Shown here one piece after another: positions 1 to 12,410 of a DNA stretch of 64,000 nucleotides. Position 1 is the first letter of the stretch. Each line of letters opens with the position of its first letter. Source of the stretch: Oculina patagonica (taxonomy: Eukaryota); the NCBI RefSeq assembly GCF_052425735.1, contig NC_135763.1, positions 17,438,298 through 17,502,297 of the forward strand, written 5' to 3'. Below the pieces are notes generated by a model that made no database searches, was not told the DNA's origin, and worked only from the letters and a program-made list of their open reading frames with translations. Position numbers and translations under genes: made by a program.

Positions 1-669
1 CTCCATCGCAAATAATGTAACACAACACCGCACGCAAGTATCCGATTTATATTCTTTCATACACATCTAACTGTGTTTTTTTAAAGAAAACTAAATGACA
101 GAATGAACTTTAAGGTTTAATATTTGCGTCCTAAAGCGTCATAACCCAAACAATTCGTACGCGTGACATTACACACGTGCTTCATGTTTTGTCCGAAGAT
201 CGCCTGATCGCAGGTTATGTTTGTGATTCGGCGGGACCGACCTAACTCCAACGCGGTTTCTTCTTAAAGTTAAGAAGAAAAAAACCAAGTAAGAAACTTC
301 CTCGCAATGCTCGTCTTTAATCTGATGTGGTCGAAGAGTCGAAAATATGCGACAGTTATTTTACATCTGCAGCGAATTCTACTTTCGATGTCAGCGAGAT
401 CTTTCCGTGAATGTTTTGCGAACGCACTGTTTGGAACTTTCGGTAAGTAATAAAGATTTTATCATATGGAAATGTTTTGGCGTCCTTCTAATAAGCTAGA
501 CTAGTTCTAAGACTAGCTGTGTATCATTTCTCGTCCAATTGTTTTGCTCAAAGCACGTTTCAGTAATGCCTTCTCGATATCGGCGCGAAATGATAACTTA
601 TGATTTAAAGCTTTACTTGGCAAAAATTTTCATCTTTTAGAATGAGTTCACAAGGTGGATGTTTTGATC

Positions 670-925
670 AAACGTTTTAGTTTAGTAAGCAAGTCGATAG
701 TTTGAACGTTTTAGTTGCTTATGTTGTTTAGCCAATTCGTTAGTCCGCTCGTTAGAGTCGTTTTAAAAAGTCGTTAGGTACTTCGTTAGAATGTTCTTGC
801 AAGTCATTAGATATTTTTGCTTGAGTGTTCAACTCGTTAATAAAGTCGTTAGAGCGTTGGAAAAAGTCGTTAGTTACCCGTTAGTTAGACGTTAGTTTTT
901 ACCCGTTTAACGAATTATCGTTAAA
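670..925. repeat. degenerate tandem repeat with motif (A)GTCGTTAG / CGTTTAG, units of 8-20 bp
   Basis: Read directly: the cgttag motif recurs more than 15 times with variable spacers. Confidence 0.6.
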
Positions 926-1899
926 GTACGTTTTCCCGTGCAAGGTCACCATTTATTTAATCTATACTTACTGAAAGCACACCAGTAAAAATAATTATTG
1001 AACCTCTCAACATCTGCCAAACAGAGGCATTGACATAAAGCAGGCCAATTCCTGTGGAACGAAACAAAAATGATAATGTTTTTGAGAGTCTAATTTGGCT
1101 ATGTACATGTATAGCCCAACAGGGGTAGGGGATTCCTTTGTTCTAATCAACTGTTCAATAATGCCTACATTTTCTTGAATCAGGCCAGAAATACCACCTA
1201 CAAAAAGGTGTTTATAAACAACCTCTTTGCACGCTACATACGAATACAGTAGCTTAGGGGATCGCTACATCAAAGAAGTAAAATACCCCTATGGCTGATT
1301 TTTTTTTTTCATTGTCTGAAAGTTGTGTTCCTGAGTAATTTTGTATGGGTGATCCTGCCAGCCTTCTTAAAATAAATCATTCTACAAATTGTACAAGGAG
1401 TTCTTGAAACCAATATTACATGTACATTTAAAAAAAAATATTAAAACTAGCCATGGTATATTGCAATTCCTGAGTTTTGATTGGTTTACAGACCATGTTC
1501 ATATATACCACGGACCACAAATATGCATGGTAGGTGCTCAAGGCATCAGCGAGAACAGCCAGGAGCTATATTGAAATATTTAAGCTCTTTGGGTGTTTTT
1601 AATTACGTTAATCCACTCACGCTTGTTGCATATCAGATAGTTATAGCCAACTCGGCACTACGCGCCTCATTGTCTATCTACCATCTCATACCCAATGCAC
1701 GCTCATGGAATAATTTTTCAATACTAAATAAAATTATTATGTCATCTGGTACTCATATTGCAAACATTATTTTTCTCACCTCCTAATGTGGTTCCAAACA
1801 GATCACAAACTGTGGGGAAAGCAAAGATCCATTGGAACACTCTAAAAGAATGAAACACATTGTGTATACAAAAAACAAGTAATTCCACAGTAATTATAA

Positions 1900-3470
1900 T
1901 GCGAATGTCCAGAACTTCAAATCAAATTTTTTTTTCAACAAGTGCCAGCCACATTCCCCTCAACACAACCACACCGCCACCACGTCAGTTGGATCAGCAG
2001 ACGAAACATGTCAACAGCCCAAACCACAGGCATGTGACTGCCCGCAGCACCAGACACCACCCCCCAAGACGACTGAGTTCCCCTTCCCGGCAACAAAGAC
2101 CAACCGGGAACTCCTACAAGATTGGCTACTCAACCATTACAGCATATTCAACACATGTGAACATCAACAGCTCCCCCTTATGGACGGTCCCCCCATGCGA
2201 CTCATGGTGGACCCAGATGCAGAGCCTGTGGCCTATCACACCCCAATCCCTGCCCCACTCCACTGGCAAGAGGCAGTCAAAGCTGGCCTCGACCAGGACG
2301 TTGCCCTTGGTGTCTTAGAGCCTGTACCAGTCGGAGAGCCAGTGACATGGTGCCACTGCACGGTCGTGTGTCCGAAAAAGAATGGCAAACCACGTCGCAC
2401 AGTAGACTTCCAGTCACTCAACCTCCATGCTACACGCGAGACCCACCACACTCAGAGCCCATTCCACCAAGCACGCTCGGTACCCCACAACAAGAAAAAA
2501 AAAAACAGTGTTTGACTGCTGGAATGGATATCACAGCGTTCCCCTACACAACGCCGACCGCCACCTCACCACCTTCATCACTCCATGGGGATGGTACCAA
2601 TATAACACCACCCCGCAGGGATACATCGCGTCAGGAGTCGGGTACTCTCGAAGATTTGATGAGATTGTCTCCCACATCCCTGATAAGACCAAATGTATCG
2701 GTGACACCCTACTATGGGCAGATGACATCACCTGTCCAGCAGTTTACACCAAGCGGTCAACTGGCCTGACATATGCGGAAGGCACGGCATAACCCTCAAC
2801 CCTGACAAGTTTACCTTTGCAGCCGACACAGTTGAGTTCGCAGGGTTTGAGATCACCCCGGACAGTGGGCGCCCATGCGCAAAGTACCTTGATGCCATTC
2901 GCCACTTCCCAACCCCAAGCAGCATCACTGACATGCGCTCTTGGTTCAGCTTGGTCAACCAAGTATCATATGCCTTCGCAGCAACTGAATGCATGCTTCC
3001 ATTCCGTAAGTCACTGAGACCTGGGACCCCATTCCTGTGGAACGATGAACTCAACCGATTATTCGAAGCGTCTAAATTAGCTATCATCACGGAAGTAAAA
3101 CAATTCGTCAAATACATCACACGTGTTGATGGCTCTGGAAGAATGACACTCAGAAACCGCAAATTCCTCCGCAAGTATGTACCAGTCCAGACCAGACCCC
3201 CACCTCGCCTACTAAGTGATGAACTCAGACTTGCAGGTACAACAGTCAAGGCCACACCCTCCACACCAAGACCCCTGACCCCGACAAAGCAGCCTACCAA
3301 TGCAGCTGAACCACCAAACCCAGCAGCCCTGAGCCACAAAAGCAGGGATTTGTGCGATGCACCACAACCCCCTGGAACAGAACCACAACCGGCCACAACC
3401 CCAGGACCACCCGCACCAGTTTTGCTTGAAGCCAGCCCAGCCACTAGCCTCCCACGCAGTTGTTCTTAGG
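1900..3470 (+). pseudogene. retroelement pol fragment (reverse-transcriptase region), frameshifted relic
   Basis: Frames 2180, 2347, 2427 and 2933 together spell MDGPPMRLMVDPDAEPVAYHTPIP...GEPVTWCHCTVVCPKKNGKPRRTVDFQSLN...FDCWNGYHSVPL...TTFITPWGWYQY...LLWADDI...SWFSLVNQVSYAFA. These are classic RT motifs (the YxDD box degraded to LWADDI), split over 3 frames with stops. Confidence 0.75.
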
Positions 3471-5151
3471 GGTGATCGTGTTTCACTCCTCCCCACTTGA
3501 ACTATGAACTTGAACTATGCACAGTGTTATATATACTCCGTTGTTTTGTTATTATCAGTCTTTACCGACCCCTCTATGCACTGTTAAAATTGCAAGGAAC
3601 ACTAAAGACTTAAGGGGAGATAGAGAAATATGTGGTCAACCTATATAGAGACTGGGACTAGCCCGGTCATGTCATGTCATGTCAAGTAGAGACTGGGACT
3701 AGCCAGGTCAAATCTTACGTGTAGTTATTTGTAGTCGCTCATCATTTGGATTTGTTATGCTCGAATAAATCATCATTTAACAAGGAAATTGATGAACTCT
3801 TATCTATATACATGTAGCTTGTCTATAATTAAAGACCTTCTAAAGACTGTCTAAAGCCTCGCGGCCTTTTAACACCCCCTCCCCCCCCCCATGAGCATTT
3901 AACAGCATGCAGTGTACAGTACTGTAAATGCTATATATACCTTGGTTGTTGAGTCATTTCTGCTGACGCTTCACCACCACTCTCATCTCTATTAATACTG
4001 GTTAAGTTCTGGTTTTAGAAAAAGAAAAAAAAAGCACGGAAATTACATAATTAATCCAAACTACTCAAGCCTGATTGTTCAAAGGATTTAGCATGAATTT
4101 TGACTTCAGTTTGTAACACTTCAGTGAGGTATTCTGGTTATATTTTTGTCCATTACCTTTTACTTTGACTAATCTCAAACCTACAAACTTAAAAACAGAC
4201 TTAAAACAGACGTCTATTCATTGTGCGTAGCTGTTTATAGCTTTATTATCTTAGAATGACTGGTTTCATGTTACCGCGACTCTCAAGGCGGATACCTCTC
4301 TAAGGCAGTCAGTTGGGGCTACATAATCAAATTTAAATCAAGGAGATACAAAATGTTCACATCAAATGTTTGGCTAATTTATTTTAACATGTTTATTTGC
4401 TTTTTACATGGCTTGCGTACAGGTACTAACATTCTCACTAAAGAGTAAAATATCTGTCACATCTCCCTGGTATAAGCAATAAAAAAGAAAAACAAAAAAT
4501 CAATTAATCATAGCCAAACAAAACAAACGCCAACCTGTCTGAATTTCTGCCTTTCTCTTCTTCGGTGAAAAAATAAGCCGATCAAACACATTGTTTCCCC
4601 TGTTAAATAATAACAAATCTATTATTAATAAGTAACTACAATTTGGTAAGTACTGTTAGTATGTTTTCCACTGATACCATCAGTGCACAGGAGTGCCATA
4701 GATGCCTAGATGCCGCCTAGATGCACTTTGCTTAAAAATCACCATACAATGAAATGGTCACAGTTAGGAGAACTGCAAACATGTACAGTCCCTCTAGCAA
4801 TATTATGTGCACAGTCCATAAATGTACAGGTGTCGCTTTAGTGTATGGACACTGGCAGTTAGTCGCAAGTGTGTTTATTAATTAATGATATCATTAACTT
4901 ATAGTACTGCTGATTACATCAATCAGAATCTGATCTTACCAATAAACATTAGGCCAGTTTGAAACCAAGGGTGGTCAAATTTGTGCACTTCATTACCATG
5001 TTCATCCTTCAAACCCTTGGCTCTAAACAAATTGAACAGAACATGTACATTTTTTGCATCTGAGAACTACAACTGTAGGCATTATAACATTCTGTTAGCA
5101 ATATTTGATTTATTGATTAAAGGGTAAGCTTTCTGAAAATCAATTTCTACA

Positions 5152-5899
5152 ATTAGATCACAGGGAACAGAGGAGCCAAATTTGGCCTTTGTAAATATTA
5201 AAATGTTCGATCTATTTTCTGATCTTTTTGTTCATGCGATGGTTGAGCGTTGGCATCCTGTCGCGCTTAACCTAACCGCAGGCAAACAGACACTGCTTGA
5301 CATGAATCGTCCTTGCTCAACTCGGTTCTCTGGGTTCTGTAGTTATTTAAAAGCCTGTAAAGAAAATATAGTATTGGTTTACCAATAGCTTTCAGTCAAC
5401 CCTTCGATCGATTGACCGATCAAACTGAATAAATATCGCAACAGAACAATTTGATGTCTTGTTGCATACACAAGTTTCTTGCATACCATTGCATGGAGAT
5501 GAATTTATTCCTAGGATCTTTGCCCTTCACTTTTCTCTGCAGAGGAAGACTTTCCATGATCGAAAACATGTGTTTCATTTTAAATCTCCCGCCAAATCGG
5601 CAGTTGTTTTGAATTTTTAATCAGTAAAAGATGATAGGCAAACGGCACTTCACTTCCGTCACCAGTATGTTGCCCTTCATGTCGAACGAGTCACGTGGTA
5701 CTATGTTTCATCCCTTGTTCGTTGCCCTTTAGGCAAGGAACAAGTTCACAGAAACCCGCTGCGATAACACAACTTTAAAAGAGTTACCCGTTGGCTTAAC
5801 AAAAAGATCGGATAACATATTTCAACCACTACAAAATAGATCGAACATTTTAATATTTACAAAGGTCGAATTTGGCTCCTTTGCTCCCTGTGATTAGAT
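5152..5899. mobile_element. MITE-like non-autonomous DNA transposon, ~65-bp TIRs (CACAGGGAACAGAGGAGCCAAATTTGGCCTTTGTAAATATTAAAATGTTCGATCTATTT), flanked by direct repeat ATTAGAT
   Basis: 5159-5225 is the reverse complement of 5828-5892. The 7-bp direct repeat ATTAGAT sits at 5152-5158 and 5893-5899. There is no long ORF inside. Confidence 0.7.
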
Positions 5900-6222
5900 A
5901 AGCAATGCAAACTTTAGTTTATTTCCGGTCACGCAAGGGTCACGGGGTTTTCTGTTTCCAGCTTGTGCTTGCTTGGGATGTTGCAAGAGAAGCACTTAAA
6001 AAACCCTCGATCATATATTGCTAACAAGTTTTCCCTATCTTCTTCCAACAACCCACCTGAACTACAGTTTACCTTATTACGCCAGTACATACAACTGTTA
6101 TGGCTGAAAAGGGCCAAGCTTAGTGTTAATTTTCGCAATGGATTGAATGAACTCAAAACTTACGAAACCAAACATGCACAGTCCAACAAAACTCCACCAA
6201 CAGCAAGCCAAATAATACTTAC

Positions 6223-6320
6223 GAGCAGTCGTTCTGTGCTTTCTTCGACAGTGTGTTAATAGATCCGGAAATAAGCATTCCCAGAGCCAACAAAATCTGA
6301 GTACAAGTTAGAGCGGCCAT
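6223..6320 (-). CDS. putative first coding exon of a minus-strand gene: MAALTCTQILLALGMLISGSINTLSKKAQNDC, hydrophobic TM/signal-like N-terminus, ending at a GTAAGT donor
   Basis: ATG at 6320-6318 (complement), an open frame of 32 codons, then a canonical GTAAGT donor at 6222-6217 (complement). Downstream exons were not found in this window. Confidence 0.3.
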
Positions 6321-6759
6321 CTTGATTTCTTCTCTAAAATGCGAAAGAGGTCTGGGTACAACTAAACGTTGGCTGGGAGGAGATTGGGGATGACAGAGAA
6401 AATTTTTGCCTTTTTGTTCGAGTTTTTACGGTTAAAAAAAATACCGTGACCACCTAAAAGATTAAACTATCTTTGAAAAAGAATAAATAACAATATTATT
6501 ATTACTGTTTTCCACGGACACCTGACCAGTGCTAAGGGCAGTCAGGGTTCAACCAGTAACGCGTATAACGAAGTTAAAGATAGACTATGTTGGGTAGATT
6601 TAAATACTACACCAGGAATCATGCTCAACTGACATAAATAGAGCTTGCATGGAAAGGAAATATACCAGAACTATTTTGTTGGTAAAACGACAGTCAGTCA
6701 GGTTGCTGAATAATACTTTGGTTATTAGTATCTTAAATTTTGCTTAGGCTTTCAAGGGA

Positions 6760-6832
6760 GCCCGGTTAGCTCAGTCGGTAGAGCATCAGACTTTTAATCT
6801 GAGGGTCAAGGGTTCAAGTCCCTTATCGGGCG
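6760..6832 (+). tRNA. tRNA-Lys (anticodon UUU)
   Basis: 73 nt, GCCCGGTTAGCTCAGTCGGTAGAGCATCAGACTTTTAATCTGAGGGTCAAGGGTTCAAGTCCCTTATCGGGCG. It has a 7-bp acceptor stem, a GCTC/GAGC D stem, an anticodon loop CTTTTAA, a GGTTCAAGTCC T-arm and a G discriminator. It is near-identical to metazoan tRNA-Lys-TTT. Confidence 0.93.
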
Positions 6833-6840
6833 ACCAAAAT

Positions 6841-6857
6841 TTTTTTTCTTTTTTTTT
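6841..6857 (+). terminator. Pol III terminator T-run downstream of tRNA-Lys
   Basis: TTTTTTTTCTTTTTTTTT begins 9 nt after the tRNA 3' end. Confidence 0.6.
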
Positions 6858-7319
6858 GTCGAAAATAATTGTTTATTTCAAGATGGCTGTATTTTTCCTT
6901 TTTTTCTTTTAAACAATTAACCTTATAAAATTTAAGATCATTTTGAAGGAAAATAACTACAAAACAGTAAAAAATACAATCTCGATCGGATTTAATAAAC
7001 CTTTAAACGGAGCATTTTGAACTGGCTAATATAAAATCTTCTTGAATCATAATTGCTTAAATTTCCTGACTTCCTTGATTAAACGTTTATTCAGTTTAGT
7101 AAAGATGCCAAGAGTAATTTAATTAATTTCCTTTGGATGCAGGAAACAAAAGCAAGCCGAAAGAACAGCTGAAAATTTTGGCACAAATAGCTTGCATGTG
7201 ATTGGTTACTTCGCTTGCCATTAACCAATCAGGAACGCTTATAAGTATTCTTGTTATATGAGCAACTTCATAGCCGCGACGCCGCCATATTGTCATTATT
7301 TTTTGTTGAAAAGAACAAC

Positions 7320-7396
7320 ATGGCATCTAGTCCTGCTAGAGACGTCGGCGACGAAGACAGCTATATGCGAAAATTAGAGACGATTAGAGATGTAAG
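7320..7396 (+). CDS. ZC4H2: ZC4H2 exon 1 (MASSPARDVGDEDSYMRKLETIRDV), donor GTAAGA
   Basis: ATG at 7320 and a phase-2 donor at 7397. Upstream are CCAAT/ATTGG boxes (7200-7240) and a GCCGCCATATTG YY1-like element. Confidence 0.7.
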
Positions 7397-8640
7397 GTAA
7401 GAAAGATCTTGGCAAATTCTTAGCGATCTGACGTTTTGCTGAAAATATAAGTTAGTTTATATCTCGGCGGTCTTTTGACATTCATCAAATGACAATTTCA
7501 ATGCTCAATTCGTTAACTTAAGTTGTTAAACGCCCTAAATGTTTTCTGCACGGATGTTAACCAACACTAGGTAAAACAAAATAGTCCGCCATTTGCACTC
7601 AAATCGAATCCAAAAGCTGGAAAGCTTGCGATCAGCTTCTCTGAAAATTTTTGATGCTTCTCCAATACATTAGAAATTTGACAATAACCTTAAAGCTTAT
7701 GCTTTATTAAAATATATCAGCTGCTCATCCTAAATTGCTTCGTTTAATAATTCGCCAGCCTTAATTAAGTTTTTAACCCTCTGCAAAGTTTACTCAGCCA
7801 ACTTAATTCATTGGTGTATTATCTCAAGCGACACATATATCTTTCAGTGCTCAAAGAGATTATATTGCGTTTCCTCGACCCTTCTTTCTTTTGTGCTTAA
7901 AGTACAAAGAAAGAGGGCATCCTTTGTTAAAAACGGTATTTTACAAGGAGTCATAAGTTCTTTGTTTAGTGGATTGTGTATTGCCACAGAGCTTAACATG
8001 AGCAATACACAGAAAAAAGTCCTTCCAGATGGCTATTTGTTCATGATACTTTCTTTTTTCTCAGTCAAAACTGAAGGCCCGTTTAAACGCCATAAATTAA
8101 AACTCTCCAAAAAATTTAATCCAAAATAAATATTACCATAATTTGGTATATAATCACGGTACCCTCATTTTTTATTATTATTTTTTTTTTATTTTCCACA
8201 AAATCACAAAATATTTATGGTGTTTAAACTTTAAACTTCAACCCAAAACATACAGAAGAATCGCGATTTCATAAATCTCTAAGAAATTGAGAAATTTACG
8301 GTCGGGGACGTAAAATTATTGACAATTATCACAATAGTGAAGCAAATAAATCCAAGGGAAACAACTTATAGCTCTAGCAATTTAGAGGTGCAAGAAAAAG
8401 AGGGTTCAAGAAATTAGGATTGCATTACCCAACCACCTCCATCCCCATAATTTATTTTTTTCTTTTAGCAAAATCATGAGTTACAAACCCACAAAATATA
8501 CTTTGAACTTCCCTGTCACTTGAAATCCAAGGATCCCTGTGTGTCTAATTATTGGATGCCTCTGTAAAAGTGCTAGTTACACATCAGTGTCTCAGGGCTG
8601 CAAATATTTATTTTTACACTTGAAAGGACACATGTCCTAC

Positions 8641-8936
8641 TAAGGGCCTGTTTACATGGAGGGAGGGTGCCCCGGCTATCCGAGTTACCCGGCTAGAAGG
8701 GATGAAACATAGCCCGCCTTTACATGCAGAATTCACAGCCCTTCTACCCGAGATGAGACAGCGTCATTGAAGTGTGTCACAGCGTGGAGAAACCATGTAG
8801 CTCCAAATGATTGAAGAAAAATATGACTTTTAACTAAATAATCAAGGCTAGCTGTCTTCAAACCTATTTTACTTTGATGTGCAAGCTCTTAGAAATTTAA
8901 CATGTGTCCATCTTTTGGGGAATTCAATTGAAATTC

Positions 8937-8978
<42 letters not shown>

Positions 8979-9415
8979 ATTAAATTGATTGTGTGGTGAA
9001 TTAGGATAATCATTCCTACAAAATTTTTTATTTATTAGCTGTTGCTCAAAGAAATATTTTCCAGCCTACAGATTTAACTAATTTGATCTAATTTTGGTCA
9101 AATAGCACTGTTTGGGTCCCAAATTTGTACATTTTATGCCATTTACTTGAAATTAAATTTAAGAACACGCACAAAGACTTAGCCTGGCAAGCTGGGATAG
9201 CCCGGGCATAACCGTTTACATGGCAAAAAGCTATCCCGCCTGGAAGGGTGCATGTAGACCGAGTGCCCCGGCAAGGCGGGTTTCCAGTCTAGCGTGTAAA
9301 CGCTTCAATGCGTTTTCTAAAGAAACGTATGAAAAGTTGGCTCGCCCAGGGTAGCTCGGTTAGCCGGGTAACTCGGTTAGCCGGAGCATCTGCCTTCCAT
9401 GTAAACAGGCCCTAA
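8641..9415. mobile_element. PIF/Harbinger-like MITE (Tourist-like) in ZC4H2 intron 1, with TIR GGGCCTGTTTACATGG and a 3-bp TSD TAA
   Basis: 8644-8680 is the reverse complement of 9375-9412. The direct repeat TAA lies at 8641-8643 and 9413-9415. The GGGCC.GTTT terminus and the TAA/TTA TSD are PIF/Harbinger hallmarks. Confidence 0.65.
8935..8978. repeat. (ATT)n microsatellite inside the MITE
   Basis: ATT repeated about 14 times. Confidence 0.95.
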
Positions 9416-9786
9416 GAAACCATCTTGATCGGACAAAACAAAATAAGTGGTCGGACAGATTTTTATTCATTGTTGCCGTAAAATGATTAACGTTCAAAAA
9501 TTGTCCAGACATTATGTCCGACCAGACTTGGGATCTTGTCGGACATTAGTAAATTTTGGTTGGCCAATGTCCAATGACCGACTGTTATTTGCAGCTCTGG
9601 TGTCTGGCCTCCTTGGGCACTTTTGCACCTTTGCTGCAGACCACAGACTAGAAGTGTGAAGCACAAGCAACTGGTGATAAGCACAAAGTGCAAGGGGACT
9701 TAAAAAATAAAAACTACCGGTAACAGTAAATAAAAGAAACACTGTCAACAAAACAACTCCCCATTGATCTCAAATCATTATTTCAG

Positions 9787-9958
9787 GCTCAAGACTTCTC
9801 AGCTGGACAAGCTAAAATCTCAATTGATCCAAGAGTTAGATGCAGCTGAAAAGGAAAGTAAACTGTTGAAGGACTATAAAGCAGAAATGGAAGCTCTCCT
9901 GCATGAGAAAATGGCACATGTAGAGGAGCTAAGACTTATCCATGCTGACATAAATTTG
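9787..9958 (+). CDS. ZC4H2: ZC4H2 exon 2 (…[58 protein letters not shown])
   Basis: Acceptor TTTCAG at 9781-9786 and donor GTAAGT at 9959. [17 protein letters not shown] matches the vertebrate ZC4H2 coiled-coil motif. Confidence 0.85.
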
Positions 9959-10576
9959 GTAAGTCAAGTGACATTGCCAGACCATAAATATTACCCTGCT
10001 TGAAACATTTTTATGTCTTTGTTATTTCAACTATGAGTCAGTTTACCTGTGTTTGAGCCTAGTGGCCCATTAAGCTGGAGCCTATCCCGGTTCAGTAGCA
10101 TGAAACGACTAGGAGTATTTCTCTCTCTCTTTCCCCCAGCATAAATTTCCCTGGTAACCGTTTTCACACTTGGGTGGAGGGAGGCACTAATAATGTGAGA
10201 GTAACATGTCTTGCCCAAGAACACAACACAACGATCCAAACCAGGGCTCAAACTCAGATTTGGAGTCCAGCGCACTATCTATTAATTAGGTCACCTTACC
10301 TCCCACACACAATATACCGATATGAAAAATTAAGTGGGCATGCATGTAAAATATGATTTCAAGTGCATGATTTACATACATGCTGTATGTCCATATATCT
10401 TTGGATATAACCAGTGATTAATACAGACAATCTCTAATGTCAGACACACCATTAGAAACTGAAACTTACTAAATGTACCAAGTTGCATGCCGGTACTGTT
10501 TCATCACACTAGCAAGATGAATTGTTGGACAATTTTAACCAAGGCTGGTTAAGGATTTTCATTTTTTTTTTTTCAG

Positions 10577-10743
10577 ATGGAAAATACAATCAAGCAGTCT
10601 GAATCTGAGAGGGAAAGAGGATTAGATACTCTTAGAAGATTGCATGAAGAATACAAACCACTGAAGAGAGACATTGACAAAATGAGAAGCTCTCTGGGTC
10701 TGGAAAAAATAGCCAACCTTGATGAAGAAAGTAGTCTTGCAGA
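10577..10743 (+). CDS. ZC4H2: ZC4H2 exon 3 (MENTIKQSESERERGLDTLRRLHEEYKPLKRDIDKMRSSLGLEKIANLDEESSLAE)
   Basis: Acceptor TTTCAG at 10571-10576 and donor GTAAGT at 10744. This is homologous to the human VMENTIKQSENDLNKL...RRLHDEYKPLKEHVD stretch. Confidence 0.85.
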
Positions 10744-11876
10744 GTAAGTTACAGTTTAAGCTTTGTACTTGAAAAACGATTGTTACTCTGATAACTACTG
10801 TGATTTTCAGTACATAGCAAACTCCAAAGTTTTTAGTTTTACCAATGACTGCAATTTCAGGCTGTTATCAATTCAATCTGTGATATTATTTTATACTATG
10901 ATCAGACTTAACTGCAAAATTGAAATAGTAACTGGGACGTGTATTAAGATATTTACAGCTAAGTTGGAAACGAAGATGCAAGCTCAAGGGTAAAGGTGTC
11001 ATGCCCTGTATGCAATTTTAGTCTGAAATGTAACTTGTTTTGATTGCATCATGTTGTCTACATAATTTTAAGAAAAAATGCATCTGGTATTTGACTGACT
11101 CTACTTTTTTCGACGTTTTTGCTTGTTTACAAGCTAAAAACGTAGAATAGGGGTTAGTGGACAAAATTTGGAACCACATATTTGTAAACTCTCAAGGGAC
11201 TTTTTTAATTTCTCAAGGGACTGTTTTAATTTCTCAAGGGATTACTTTCCGCTGTGGGTGATCACTTGCGATCTCGTGAAAAAAACGTGACTTGTCACAT
11301 TTACAAACGTTATATAACAATTTTAAAAGTGACATGTCAGCTTTCTTATCTCAACGCACGTGTGTCTGAAAGGCGATCTATAAAAAGCGTCGCACAAACA
11401 ATGGATTGCGTAACTAAAACACGAATAAATAATCACTAGCACTTACATCGTTTAAAAATTACAAACGTCAAAAATAAACCATACCAAACAACTCGCTCTT
11501 TTCAAAGATATTATTGAAGTTAAAACAAATGCAAGAGATGGGGGCTTCTTTTAGCTTAGGAGCGGTTAAAAATTAGGCCAAATTTGGTCGCTACATGCAA
11601 GCGCAACTCTATTTCGTCATCAGCCTAGGTCGTTAGGGACGTGACCTCGCGTTGACAGGGAATGACAGCAATGTTGCATGAATCGGCTTTACAACATGCA
11701 ATCGTATCTACGCAGTTCGAGTGGAATTTCAGTCAAAGCTTAAAGACAGCAAAATTCTTTCTTATTTCATCTTCAAATATAATTCGAAAGCATTCACTGT
11801 ATATATGGCTTTTGTTTAATCCTGGGTCTTGATATCCGACCCTCGCAGAGCCTAGACAAAACGCAGCTTGAGTGTA

Positions 11877-12090
11877 ACGATTTGTTTACGCTGCAATTAT
11901 ATTTTGCTGTTTCATTTGCTAATTTCGCTGCCGTAATCGACTGCCTTGAAAGGTCCTTGCAATTTTAAAGTATAGAATTGTCAGATCTAGGTGAAATTTG
12001 CACTGTTTATTTGTGTAATGTTAAGGAATATGTGTATAAAATTACCCGGCGCGGACAAGCCATTTTTGAGCCAGTTTTCTCCGACAGTAG
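11877..12090. repeat. copy 1 of a ~200-bp segment duplicated within ZC4H2 intron 3 (copy 2 at 12237-12410)
   Basis: ttttgctgtttcatttgctaatttcgctgccgtaatcgactgcc...gcactgtttatttgtgtaatgttaaggaatatgtgtataaa...acccggcgcggac recurs ~357 bp downstream at ~95% identity. Confidence 0.8.
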
Positions 12091-12236
12091 TCCAGAGTAG
12101 TCGGAAATATCTGTATTTTTTGTGCTTTTTTGTGGAGCAATCGTTACGCTACGGCCTTGAACACATTGAAGAGTGGTCTACCTATAACAATTCAGATATG
12201 GCGTCACAAAATGACAAAAACAAAGCGTCAAACGCA

Positions 12237-12410
12237 TATTTTGCTGTTTCATTTGCTAATTTCGCTGCCGTAATCGACTGCCTCCGAAAGGTCCTTGCAA
12301 TTTTAAAGTATAGAATTGTCAGATCTCGGTGAAATTTGCACTGTTTATTTGTGTAATGTTAAGGAATATGTGTATAAATACCCGGCGCGGACGAGCCATT
12401 TTTGACAAAA
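12237..12410. repeat. copy 2 of the ~200-bp intronic duplicated segment
   Basis: See copy 1. Confidence 0.8.

Noticed and set aside
2728-3444. 238-aa minus-strand ORF
   Set aside because: It is antisense to the retroelement pol relic, Gly/Ala-rich, and has no start context.
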